Shown here: piece after piece, positions 1-9,041 of the stretch
How the letters are laid out: the number at the start of each line of letters is the position of its first letter
Position numbering within the stretch: position 1 is the first letter of the stretch
DNA from: an uncultured Candidatus Rokubacteria bacterium
GTDB taxonomy: Bacteria > Methylomirabilota > Methylomirabilia > Rokubacteriales > DASRDR01
Length of the DNA stretch: 64,000 nucleotides
Assembly (NCBI GenBank): GCA_963826115.1
Contig: CAWGVS010000004.1
Location: 32,001 to 96,000, forward strand
Direction: 5' to 3'
Program-made: the position numbers and the translations under genes
Notes under the pieces: model-generated
Database searches by the model: none
What the model was told of the DNA's origin: nothing
What the model saw: the letters and a program-made list of their open reading frames with translations, nothing else

Positions 1-14
1 CGGCGGAAGCCAGG

Positions 15-45
15 CCGGGCGGGGCCCAAACCCCGCCCGGTCTTC
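15..45 (+). terminator. GC-rich stem-loop upstream of livH (terminator or mRNA-stabilising hairpin)
   Basis: Perfect 10-bp stem CCGGGCGGGG (15-24)/CCCCGCCCGG (31-40), loop CCCAAA, followed by TCTTC. Confidence 0.5.
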
Positions 46-72
46 TGCCCCCACCTTCCCATCCATTAATTA

Positions 73-1002
73 ATGAGCGTCGGCGAGATCCTGCTGCAGC
101 AGGTCGTCAACGGCCTGGCCCTGGGCATGATGTACGCCCTGCTGGCCCTGGGCTTCACGATGGTGTACGGCATCATCGAGCTGATCAACTTCGCCCACTT
201 CAGCGTCTTCATGAGCGGGACGTTCCTGGGCCTCACGGTGCTCCACCTGCTGGGCTTCACCGGGTCGTCCGCGTCGCTGACCGGTCTCCCGCTGCTCGGC
301 ACGCTGCTGCTGGTCTTCCCGGTCACGATGCTGCTGACCGGCACTCTCGGCGTCCTGATCGAGCGGATCTGTCTCCGCCCGGTCCGCGGGGTGTCCGGCA
401 CGGCGCCCATGATCACCACCATCGGCGTGGCGTTCGTCCTGATCAACATCGTCCTGATGATCTGGGGCCCGCAGTCGAAGCCCTTCCCCCGGATCATCCC
501 GGACCGCCGGTGGGCGTGGGGTCAGGCCGAGGTCTCGCTGGCGCAGGTGTTCCTGGCGATCACCGGCCTCGGCCTGATGCTGGTGCTGAACTACCTGGTG
601 AAGCGCACCGCCCTCGGCAAGGCGATGCGCGCCACCGCCCAGGACATGGACGCCGCCAAGATGATGGGCGTGGACATCGATCGTGTCATCATCCTCACGT
701 TCTTCCTGGGCTCGGCGCTGGCGGGGGCGGGAAGTCTCTTCTTCGGCTTCTACTACGGCTTCACCGCGTTCTACATCGGCTACCAGACCGGGCTCCGCGC
801 GTTCACCTCCGCGGTGCTCGGCGGGATCGGCAACATCCCGGGCGCCGTGGCCGGCGCGCTGATCATCGGGCTCATCCAGGCGCTGGGCGGACAGCTCCTT
901 GGCGTCAAGTGGACGGACGTCATCATTTTCTCGATCCTGATCACCGTGATGGTCTTCCGGCCGGCCGGCCTCTTCGGCATGTACACCCCCCAGAAGGCCT
1001 GA
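73..1002 (+). CDS. livH: Branched-chain amino acid ABC transporter permease LivH
   Basis: N-terminal QQVVNGLALGMMYALLALGFTMVYGIIELINFAH, plus GKAMRATAQD and AVLGGIGNIPGA motifs; multi-TM. Confidence 0.93.
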   Translation: MSVGEILLQQVVNGLALGMMYALLALGFTMVYGIIELINFAHFSVFMSGTFLGLTVLHLLGFTGSSASLTGLPLLGTLLLVFPVTMLLTGTLGVLIERICLRPVRGVSGTAPMITTIGVAFVLINIVLMIWGPQSKPFPRIIPDRRWAWGQAEVSLAQVFLAITGLGLMLVLNYLVKRTALGKAMRATAQDMDAAKMMGVDIDRVIILTFFLGSALAGAGSLFFGFYYGFTAFYIGYQTGLRAFTSAVLGGIGNIPGAVAGALIIGLIQALGGQLLGVKWTDVIIFSILITVMVFRPAGLFGMYTPQKA

Positions 1003-1009
1003 CCCGACC

Positions 1010-3031
1010 GTGAGCGCGCTGACGACCTGGTGGGCCGGCTCGCCCTGGATGGCCCGCTGGCACGCGGTGGCGCCGGCGCGGCGGCGCCAGATCTGGTCGG
1101 TCCTGCTCCTGCTGCTCGGGCTCGCGTACCCGTTCGTGCTGACCGGCGGAGGCTACATCGACGCCGCGGCCAACGCGTACACCTACGTGCTCCTCGCGCT
1201 CGGGCTCAACATCGTCGTCGGCTTCTCGGGGCTCCTCGACCTGGGCTACGCGGCCTTCTTCGCGATCGGCGCCTACACTTACGGCGCGGCCGCGTCCGGG
1301 CACATCAAGATCCCGTGGTCCGACTTCTGGACGCCCTTTCTCTTCCTCGGGCAAGTCTTGCGGGTGCCGGCGGAGGGCGGGACCGATGTCGTCCAGTTCC
1401 AGTTCTCGTTCTGGGTGATGCTGGTCGTGGGCGCGCTCGTGTGCGCCCTCTTCGGGGTGCTGTTCGGCGCGCCGACCCTCCGCCTCCGCGGCGACTATCT
1501 CGCCATCGTGACGCTCGGGTTCGGCGAGATCGTGCCGGTGGTCGCGCGCAACTGGGACTGGTTCACCAACGGGGCCCAGGGCATGGGCGGCATCCGCACG
1601 CCGAAGCTGTTCGGCTTCGACTTCGGGTTCTCGCCGCTCCCGTACTACTTCCTGGGGCTCGCGCTGGTGGCGGGGGCCGTGTTCGTCTCCTTCCGGCTCC
1701 AGGAGTCGCGGGTCGGGCGGGCGTGGATGGCGATCCGCGAGGACGAGCTGGCGGCGGGCGCCATGGGTGTGAACCACGTCCGCTACAAGCTGCTCGCGTT
1801 CGCGCTCGGCGCGTCGATCGCCGGGCTGGCCGGGACCTTCTACGTCGCCAAGCTCACCACCGCCACCCCGGAGATGTTCCAGTTCCCGGTGTCCGTCATG
1901 ATCCTGGTCATGGTCGTGCTCGGCGGCATGGGCTCGGTGCGGGGGGTCGTGCTGGCGGCGCTCCTCCTCGCGTTCCTCCAGTCGGTGATCCTCCAGGAGC
2001 TCACGCTCTGGGTGAATGCCCTCGGCCGGGCCGTCGGGAGCGTCTACCTCCAGAAGGTGCAGCTCATCACCGCGCTCGAGCTGATCTTCGGCCTGATCCT
2101 CGTCCTGATGATGCTGTTCCGGCGAGAGGGGCTCTGGCCGGCCATGCGGCAGGTCTCGGCGCTCACGCGGGACCAGCAGCAAACGGCCCTGCCGAGCCGC
2201 GACGGCAAGGTCGAGCTCTCGTGGGCGACGCCGAGGGCGGCGGGCACCCCGGCCCGGCCGCTGCTCGAGATCGACGGCCTGACCAAGCGGTTCGGCGGCG
2301 TGGCCGCGGCGGACGGCATCACGCTTACCGTGTATGCGGGCGAGCTCGTGAGCGTCATCGGGCCGAACGGGTCCGGCAAGACCACGCTCTTCAACCTGAT
2401 CACCGGGCTCACCGAGCGGGACAGCGGCACGATCCGCCTCGAGGGACAGGAGATCAGCGGGCTGCCGTCGCACGAGATCGTCCAGCGGGGCGTTGCGCGC
2501 ACCTTCCAGAACATCCGGCTCTTCAACAAGCTGAGCGTGCTGGAGAACCTTCTGGTGGGCGAGCACACGCGGCTCCAGGCCGGGGCCATCGGCGCGATCC
2601 TCAGGCCCCCGCGGGTGCGCGAGGAGGAGCGGCGGGCGGTGGAGAGCGCGCTCGAGGTGCTGGGGCTGTTCGGGAACCGCCTGATCCCCCGGCTCGATCA
2701 CCCCGTGTACGGGCTCTCCTACGCGAACCGGCGCCGGACGGAGATCTCGCGGGCCATCATGACCCGCCCGAAGCTCCTCCTGCTCGACGAGCCGGCTGCC
2801 GGCATGAACCCGGCGGAGACGCTCGAGCTGATGGATCTCGTGAAGGCGCTGCGCGGGCTCGGGATCACCGTGATCCTCATCGAGCACAAGCTGGACGTCG
2901 TGATGGACATCTCGGACCGCGTGGTCGTTCTGGACCACGGGGTCAAGATCGCCGAGGGCAAGCCCGTGCAGGTCCGGAACGACGAGAAGGTCATCGAGGC
3001 GTACCTCGGACGCCGGCGGCGTGCGGCATGA
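1010..3031 (+). CDS. Branched-chain amino acid ABC transporter permease/ATPase fusion (LivM-LivG)
   Basis: LivM motifs (LGLNIVVGFSGLLDLGYAAFFAIGAY, LRLRGDYLAIVTLGFGEI) followed by an ABC ATPase (GPNGSGKTT, RTFQNIRLF, LLLLDEPAAGMN, IEH, VIEAYLG). Confidence 0.92.
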   Translation: MSALTTWWAGSPWMARWHAVAPARRRQIWSVLLLLLGLAYPFVLTGGGYIDAAANAYTYVLLALGLNIVVGFSGLLDLGYAAFFAIGAYTYGAAASGHIKIPWSDFWTPFLFLGQVLRVPAEGGTDVVQFQFSFWVMLVVGALVCALFGVLFGAPTLRLRGDYLAIVTLGFGEIVPVVARNWDWFTNGAQGMGGIRTPKLFGFDFGFSPLPYYFLGLALVAGAVFVSFRLQESRVGRAWMAIREDELAAGAMGVNHVRYKLLAFALGASIAGLAGTFYVAKLTTATPEMFQFPVSVMILVMVVLGGMGSVRGVVLAALLLAFLQSVILQELTLWVNALGRAVGSVYLQKVQLITALELIFGLILVLMMLFRREGLWPAMRQVSALTRDQQQTALPSRDGKVELSWATPRAAGTPARPLLEIDGLTKRFGGVAAADGITLTVYAGELVSVIGPNGSGKTTLFNLITGLTERDSGTIRLEGQEISGLPSHEIVQRGVARTFQNIRLFNKLSVLENLLVGEHTRLQAGAIGAILRPPRVREEERRAVESALEVLGLFGNRLIPRLDHPVYGLSYANRRRTEISRAIMTRPKLLLLDEPAAGMNPAETLELMDLVKALRGLGITVILIEHKLDVVMDISDRVVVLDHGVKIAEGKPVQVRNDEKVIEAYLGRRRRAA

Positions 3032-3053
3032 CCGCCCGACGAGGACAGGCGAG

Positions 3054-3785
3054 GTGAGCGCCGTGACGGGCGAGCCGATCCTCCGCTTCACGGACGTGCA
3101 CACGTACTATGGTCCGCTCCACGTGCTCAAGGGCGTGAGCTACGAGATCTACGAGGGTGAGATCGTGTCGCTCCTCGGCGGGAACGCCTCCGGCAAGTCG
3201 ACCACGATGAAGACCGTCCTCGGCCTCGTGCGCCCCAACCCGGGAACCATCACCTTCCGCGGCGAGCCGATCCACGCGCTGCGCACCAGCGAGATCGTCA
3301 AGCGCGGCATCGCGCCGGTGCCCGAGGCGCGCCGGGTGTTCCCGCGGATGACCGTGCTCGAGAACCTCGAGATGGGGCGCTACACGCGCCGCCGCGAGCC
3401 GGGCTGGGAAGCGGAGCTCGACCGGGTCTACGGCCTGTTCCCGATCCTCAAGGAGCGCCGGGGCCAGCTCGCGGGCACGATGTCGGGCGGCGAGCAGCAG
3501 ATGCTCGCGATCGGCCGGGCCCTCATGACGAACCCGAAGCTCCTCTGCATGGACGAGCCCTCCATGGGGCTCTCGCCGGGCTACGTGGAGCAGGTGTTCG
3601 ACATCATCAAGACGATCAACCAGCAGGGGACGACCATCTTCGTCGTCGAGCAGAACGTCAACATGGCGCTGTCCATCGCGAACCGCGGTTACGTCCTCCA
3701 GATGGGCGAGGTCGTGCTGGCCGGGACCGCCAAGGAGCTGCTCGAGAGCCCGCTCATCCAGAAGGCCTACCTGGGCACCGCCTAG
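3054..3785 (+). CDS. livF: Branched-chain amino acid ABC transporter ATP-binding protein LivF
   Basis: GGNASGKST Walker A, MSGGEQQMLAIGRAL signature, DEPSMGL, VEQN, KAYLG; start uncertain (3021/3054/3063). Confidence 0.9.
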   Translation: MSAVTGEPILRFTDVHTYYGPLHVLKGVSYEIYEGEIVSLLGGNASGKSTTMKTVLGLVRPNPGTITFRGEPIHALRTSEIVKRGIAPVPEARRVFPRMTVLENLEMGRYTRRREPGWEAELDRVYGLFPILKERRGQLAGTMSGGEQQMLAIGRALMTNPKLLCMDEPSMGLSPGYVEQVFDIIKTINQQGTTIFVVEQNVNMALSIANRGYVLQMGEVVLAGTAKELLESPLIQKAYLGTA

Positions 3786-3792
3786 GCTGCGC

Positions 3793-4152
3793 GTGCGGAA
3801 CGGCCTGACGGCCCGGCGCCTCGCGCTCCTCGGGCTCGCGCTCTCGCCCCTGATCCCCTCGGTCGCGCGCGCGTGGCCGGCCATCCAGGACGAGGTCGGT
3901 CGCGTCTTCCTCTGCGACACGCGGCCGGCCGAGCTGGCCGACGGGCGCTGGGCCTGCCGGAGCGCGGGCCTGAACCTCGCGGGCTCGCTGGTGGACGTCG
4001 TGCGCCCCGGCAGCCCGCCGGGCGTCCGCCCGTGGGGCGGGCCGCCCGGCCCGCCCTCGCGCTGGGTGCCGTACCCCTGGGGGCCGCCGCCCCGCGAGCC
4101 GAGCGGCTACGACGCCCTCGACCCGTGGCTCGGCGGCCCGTCGGAGCGCTGA
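3793..4152 (+). CDS. Hypothetical exported Pro/Trp-rich protein
   Basis: Signal-peptide-like N-terminus (RR, hydrophobic stretch, ARA|W), two Cys, Pro-rich tail; starts 7 nt after the livF stop. Confidence 0.55.
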   Translation: MRNGLTARRLALLGLALSPLIPSVARAWPAIQDEVGRVFLCDTRPAELADGRWACRSAGLNLAGSLVDVVRPGSPPGVRPWGGPPGPPSRWVPYPWGPPPREPSGYDALDPWLGGPSER

Positions 4153-4370
4153 CGACGGAGTCCCGCCCGCCCCCGCGGTCGTCGGAGCCGTCTCCGGAGG
4201 ACCGCGCGCGCGCCGGGCTCTGCGCGGACTGCCGCTGGGCCCGGCGCGTCCCGAGCGCGCGCGGCTCCGTCTTCTTCCTCTGCCGCCGCGCGGAGACCGA
4301 CCCCGCGTATCTTCGCTATCCACGCCTCCCCCGCCTGGCGTGTCCCGGCTACGAGGGGGGCGGACCGTGA
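4149..4370 (+). CDS. Small Cys-rich hypothetical protein (GLCADC...C...YPRLP..CPGYE)
   Basis: C-terminal part of ORF 3873..4370 reads as a compact 4-Cys domain; the only plausible nearby start is a CTG overlapping the upstream TGA. Confidence 0.55.
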   Translation: MTTESRPPPRSSEPSPEDRARAGLCADCRWARRVPSARGSVFFLCRRAETDPAYLRYPRLPRLACPGYEGGGP

Positions 4371-4563
4371 CTTCCCGACAAGGCGCTCGCCGCCGCGGGC
4401 TATCCGGACGTCAAAGGCAACCCGCGCGGGCCCACTGATCGACACGGACGAGCTCATCGAGGCCAGTGCCCACTTGGCGTGCTTATACGGGCGGGCCTGA
4501 CTCGACTCGAGCGGTGTGCATGGCCGAGACGGGCTGCCGCGCCTGCATCGCCGCCATGCCCTT

Positions 4564-5382
4564 ATGATGAGGGGCGTGCTGCGGCTCGAGCGCGCGGGGT
4601 TGGTCACGGCCTACGCCGTCGAGGGCGCCGGCCCGCCGGTGCTCCTGATCCATGGCGTGGGGGCCCGACTGGACAACTGGGACGGCGTCGTGGCGGCGCT
4701 CGGCGGCCGCTTCACGACGATCCGCTTCGACCTCCGCGGCCACGGCGAGTCCTCGAAGCCGCCAGGCCCGTACTCGGCCGCGCTCTTCGCCGCGGACGCG
4801 CGGGCGCTGCTCGACCACCTCGGCATCGGCCGGTGCCACGTCGCCGGTCACTCGCTGGGCGCCACGGTGGCCCTCCGCCTGGCCCTCGACGCGCCGGACC
4901 GCGTCGAGCGTCTCGCGCTCCTCAGCGCCGTGGCCGGCCGCACCGACGAGGAGCGGCAGCGGGTCATGGAGCGGCTCGCGATCGTCGAGCACGGCATCCC
5001 CGGCGAGCACTTCCGGCGCTCGCTGTCCCGATGGTTCTCGGACGAGTTCCGGCGCGACAACCCGGAGCTGCTCGAGCGCTACGCGGCGCGCAACATGGAG
5101 AACGACCCGCAGGCCTACGCGGCGGCCTATCACGTCCTGGCCACGGCGGACCTGGCGGACGAGGCTCCACGGGTCCGCGTCCCGACGCTCATCGTGACGG
5201 GGGAGGGCGACATCGGCTCGAACCCCCGCATGGCGCGGCTCCTCCACGAGCGCATTCCGGGCTCGGAGCTGGAGATCCTGCCCGGGCTCCGGCATGCCCT
5301 CCTGATCGAAGCGCCGGCGACCGTCGCGTGGCTGCTCGACGCCTTCTTCGCTGGCTCCCCGACCGGTCGCGGGCAGGGTTGA
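4564..5382 (+). CDS. Alpha/beta hydrolase, 3-oxoadipate enol-lactonase (PcaD)-like
   Basis: LIHG, DLRGHGES, GHSLG nucleophile elbow, GEGD acid, RH catalytic His. Confidence 0.85.
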   Translation: MMRGVLRLERAGLVTAYAVEGAGPPVLLIHGVGARLDNWDGVVAALGGRFTTIRFDLRGHGESSKPPGPYSAALFAADARALLDHLGIGRCHVAGHSLGATVALRLALDAPDRVERLALLSAVAGRTDEERQRVMERLAIVEHGIPGEHFRRSLSRWFSDEFRRDNPELLERYAARNMENDPQAYAAAYHVLATADLADEAPRVRVPTLIVTGEGDIGSNPRMARLLHERIPGSELEILPGLRHALLIEAPATVAWLLDAFFAGSPTGRGQG

Positions 5383-5561
5383 CGTCACGTGGCGGCTGTC
5401 CTACGGTGCCGACGCGCGAGGCTGAGCGGTGCCCGCCCGTCGCCTCACCGCCGGGCGCCCACACCGGTGGCCCCGTGAGCGCTCGAGGGGGCCCAGGCTG
5501 ACGAGATGCCGGACGAGATGGGCGCGCTCGAGACGCCGGACGGCGAAGGAGGCGGATCACG

Positions 5562-6998
5562 ATGAAGTTCGATTACTTCCTGACTAACATGCGGACGGAT
5601 GCCGCCGAGCCGTTCGAGCAAGTCTACGCCGATGGGCTCGAGCAGCTCGCGCTCTGCGACCAGATGGGGATGAACACCGTCTGGTTTCCGGAGCACCAGT
5701 TCACGAACCAGCTGTGCTCGCCGGCGCCGCTCATCAACGTGGTGGACGCCGCGCACCGGACCCGCCGCGTCCGGCTCGGCACGGCGGTCGTCATCACCCC
5801 GTACTATGACCCGCTGCTCGTGGCGGGACAGGCGGCGCTGGCCGACCAGCTCACGCAAGGGCGGCTGGACGTCGGCTTCGGCCGCGGCGGGTTCAAGTAC
5901 GAGTACGAGCGCCTCGGGATGACGGAGCCGCTGGCCGCCGCGCGCCAGCAGGAGGCCCTCGAGATCATCCTCCGGGCGTGGACGGAGTCGGACTTCGCCT
6001 ATTCGGGCACCCACTTCAAGTTCCCCGAGGTGACGGTCGTCCCGCGCCCGTTCCAGCGGCCGTGCCCGCCCACGTGGATCGCCGCGCGGACGCCGGACAG
6101 CCTCAGGTTCGCGGCCGCCCACGGCATCGGCATCATGATGGCGCCGCAGCGTCAGCCGATCGCCCGCCTCCAGGGGCAGATGCGGCTCCTCGACGCCATC
6201 TGCGAGGACCTGGGCGTGGCCCGGCCGCCGGTCCGCATGACCCGCGAGGTGTGGGTGTCGGACGACCGGGCCGAGATCCGGCGGGTCGCCGAGCTCTTGC
6301 GCGTGCACCACACGCTCCAGTGGAACCTCCACCAGAACGCCGCGCCGACCGTGGATGGCTTCACGGAGGCCACCCCGCTTCCGCAGGGCTACGACATCTC
6401 GCCCGAGGACCTGATCGCGCGGAGCGTGATGGGCGGGCCCGAAGAATGCGTGGAGCGGCTTCGCCAGTACCAGGCCCTGGGCGCCGATGCGTTCATCGCC
6501 AACTTCGACTGGGGCCAGCCGCAGCGGGACGTCCTCCGGTCGATGGAGCTCTTTGCCGAGCGTGTCCTGCCGCACTTCGCCGACGATCGGCCCGCGGTCC
6601 GGCCCGTGCCGGATCCGCACGGTGAATCCCGCACCGCCGTGCGCGAGCCCGTGCTCATCGACGTCGAGGGTCTGGCCGGGGACTGGGTGCACTGGGAGGC
6701 CGACCGGTGGTTCGAGCAGTTCGAGCGCGCGTCCGCCGGCGAGCGCCGGCGAAGCTACGTCTTCGACTTCGCGACCGCCCCCAAGGTACGGGCGCACGCG
6801 GACGGCTCGGTCGACGTGCAGGGGCTCCTGCGCCTCGTGTCGGACGTCGGCTGCCCGGACTGCGGTCGGCCCGTCATCGCGCTGTACCGGCGATGGGAGG
6901 GCGAGGACCGGTCGGCGATCACCCGACAGCTCACCGAGCGCATGCGCGCGCTCCGGTGGCACGAGCGACACACGACCCGACGACCGATGGGACGGTGA
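5562..6998 (+). CDS. Luciferase-like (LLM) flavin-dependent monooxygenase with an extra C-terminal domain
   Basis: VWFPEHQF, RLGTAV, GRLDVGFGRG, PRPFQRPCPPTWIAA, SMELFAERVLPHF, then a ~120-aa extension; GGAGG RBS. Confidence 0.88.
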   Translation: MKFDYFLTNMRTDAAEPFEQVYADGLEQLALCDQMGMNTVWFPEHQFTNQLCSPAPLINVVDAAHRTRRVRLGTAVVITPYYDPLLVAGQAALADQLTQGRLDVGFGRGGFKYEYERLGMTEPLAAARQQEALEIILRAWTESDFAYSGTHFKFPEVTVVPRPFQRPCPPTWIAARTPDSLRFAAAHGIGIMMAPQRQPIARLQGQMRLLDAICEDLGVARPPVRMTREVWVSDDRAEIRRVAELLRVHHTLQWNLHQNAAPTVDGFTEATPLPQGYDISPEDLIARSVMGGPEECVERLRQYQALGADAFIANFDWGQPQRDVLRSMELFAERVLPHFADDRPAVRPVPDPHGESRTAVREPVLIDVEGLAGDWVHWEADRWFEQFERASAGERRRSYVFDFATAPKVRAHADGSVDVQGLLRLVSDVGCPDCGRPVIALYRRWEGEDRSAITRQLTERMRALRWHERHTTRRPMGR

Positions 6999-7003
6999 CG
7001 ACC

Positions 7004-7393
7004 ATGGCGAGCCTGGAGGAGTATCGCGCGATCGGACAGAAGCTGCGCCAGCGGGTGTTCGGGCCGCCGACGGGCGCGAAGAGCCCGACGCAGGAGCTGG
7101 CGCCCGACCTGGGGCGGATCAGCGACGAGGTCCTGTTCGGCCAGATCTGGAGCCGCCCCGGCCTGGAGGTGCCGCACCGGAGCATGATCACCATCGCGGC
7201 GCTCACGGCGCTCGGCCGGGAGCCGGAGCTCCGCGCGCACATCCGGGGCGGGCTCAACGTCGGGCTCTCGCGCGAGCAGATCGTGGAGATCATCCTGCAG
7301 ATGGCCTTCTACGCCGGCCAGCCGGCGGCCCACGCCGGCTTCCGCGCCGCCAAGGAAGTCTTCGACCAGCTCGACAAGCAGGGAGGGCACTGA
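7004..7393 (+). CDS. Carboxymuconolactone decarboxylase (CMD/PcaC) family protein
   Basis: FGQIWSRPGL..RSMITIAALTALGR..ELRAHIRGGLNVGLSREQIVEIILQMAFYAG. Confidence 0.9.
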   Translation: MASLEEYRAIGQKLRQRVFGPPTGAKSPTQELAPDLGRISDEVLFGQIWSRPGLEVPHRSMITIAALTALGREPELRAHIRGGLNVGLSREQIVEIILQMAFYAGQPAAHAGFRAAKEVFDQLDKQGGH

Positions 7394-7394
7394 C

Positions 7395-8951
7395 ATGCGC
7401 GCGTATCGCGACCAGCGCGTCCGGAGCTTCCGATTCGCCGGCATCGGCGTCTCGATCGCCGTCCTGCTCGCCACCGTCGTCGGACCGGCCGCCGCTCAGA
7501 CGCCCGTGCGTGGCGGCACGCTCCGCATCGGGTGGATCTCGGACGCGAAGATCCTCGACCCGCACTTCTCGGTGCAGTTCTCCGAGCGCTACGCCCTCTA
7601 CATGGTCTTCAACACGCTGGTCGGCCTGGACAGGACCTTCAGCGTCGTCCCCGAGCTCGCGCGCTCGTGGCAGGTCTCACAGGACGGCAAGCGCGTGACG
7701 TTCCAGCTCCAGCACGGGGTGAAGTTCCACGACGGGACCGACTTCACCGCCGACGTCGTCAAGTGGAACATCGAGCGCATCCTGAATCCCGAGAACAAGT
7801 CCCCGCAGCGGAGCCAGCTGGAGCCGGCCGTGGCCGCGGTGACGGTGACGGATCCGTACACCGTCGTCTTCGAGCTGAAGAAGCCGTTCGCCCCGCTGCT
7901 GGCCGCGCTGGCGGAGCGCCCGGGATTCATGGTCTCGCCGACGGCGGTGAAGCAGGCCGGCGCCGACTTCGGCCGGCGCCCGGTCGGGACGGGGCCGTTC
8001 CGCTTCGTCGAGTGGGTGGCCGACTCCCAGCTGACGCTCGAGCGGTTCCCGGACTACTGGGACAAGGGCAAGCCCTACCTCGACCGGGTCGTCTTCCGGA
8101 TCGTCCCGGACCCCACGGTGCGGCTCACCATGGTGCGGACCGGTGAGGTGGACATCGCCACCGACGTGGATGCCAAGGACGTCCCCGCCCTCCAGGGCGA
8201 GGCCGCGCTCCGCGTCTCCGAGATGAAACCCCCGGCGCGGTGGACGGCGCTCCAGTGGCAGGTCGACAAGCCGCCCTTCAGCAACAAGGCCCTCCGCCAG
8301 GCGATCGCGCTCGGCATCGACCGGAACGAGCTCAAGGACGTGCTGCTGAGCGGCTTCGGCGAGCCGGCCCGCGGCCCGGTCGTGCCCGGGCTCTGGTGGT
8401 TCGATCCCGGCTTCAAGGGCTTCGGCCACGACGTCGAGCAGGCCAAGCGGAAGCTCGCCGAGGCGGGCTATCCGAACGGCTTCCGCCACAAGTTCGTCGT
8501 CGAGAACACGCCGCAGTGGATCCGCCAGGCCGAGCTGCTCCAGGGGCAGCTCCAGAAGATCAACGTGACGCTGGAGCTCGAGCCGGTCAACACCGCGGAT
8601 GCGTACGCCCTCATCGTCCAGCGGAAGTCCAACTGGACCCACACCCGCTGGACGCAGCGGGCCGATCCCAGCGGGCTCCTCTCCATCCTGTTCCACAGCA
8701 AGGGATTCGCGAACTCGACCGGCTACAGCAATCCCCGGGTGGACGAGCTGCTCGACCGCGCGGCGGTGATCTACGAGCCGGAGCGCCGGAAGCCCCTCTA
8801 CCAGGAGGCCGAGCGCCTCATCGTGGACGACGTCCCGTACGTGTTCCTCGACTACACGACCGAGTTCGCGGTCATGAGCAAGAAGGTCCAGAACTGGGGG
8901 TGGATCCCCGACCTGATCCCGCGCTTCCGCGAGCTGTGGCTCGAGCGCTGA
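7395..8951 (+). CDS. ABC transporter substrate-binding protein, family 5 (DppA/OppA-like)
   Basis: Signal peptide, RGGTLRIG, PELARSW, GVKFHDGTDFTADVVKWN, PVGTGPF. Confidence 0.92.
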   Translation: MRAYRDQRVRSFRFAGIGVSIAVLLATVVGPAAAQTPVRGGTLRIGWISDAKILDPHFSVQFSERYALYMVFNTLVGLDRTFSVVPELARSWQVSQDGKRVTFQLQHGVKFHDGTDFTADVVKWNIERILNPENKSPQRSQLEPAVAAVTVTDPYTVVFELKKPFAPLLAALAERPGFMVSPTAVKQAGADFGRRPVGTGPFRFVEWVADSQLTLERFPDYWDKGKPYLDRVVFRIVPDPTVRLTMVRTGEVDIATDVDAKDVPALQGEAALRVSEMKPPARWTALQWQVDKPPFSNKALRQAIALGIDRNELKDVLLSGFGEPARGPVVPGLWWFDPGFKGFGHDVEQAKRKLAEAGYPNGFRHKFVVENTPQWIRQAELLQGQLQKINVTLELEPVNTADAYALIVQRKSNWTHTRWTQRADPSGLLSILFHSKGFANSTGYSNPRVDELLDRAAVIYEPERRKPLYQEAERLIVDDVPYVFLDYTTEFAVMSKKVQNWGWIPDLIPRFRELWLER

Positions 8952-8958
8952 TCGGCAG

Positions 8959-8994
8959 CGCGACGCGCCCCAGGCCCCGGGCGCGTCGCGTTTC
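8959..8994 (+). terminator. Stem-loop after the SBP gene (partial terminator or stabiliser)
   Basis: Perfect 12-bp stem CGCGACGCGCCC (8959-8970)/GGGCGCGTCGCG (8979-8990), followed by TTTC. Confidence 0.6.
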
Positions 8995-9041
8995 GGTCGG
9001 ATGAGCGGCACCGGGCCAGGGACGCGCCCCGTCGTCTGACC

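Noticed and set aside
1010-3031. LivM-LivG fusion as a novelty
   Set aside because: Permease-ATPase fusions are well known in Liv-type systems.
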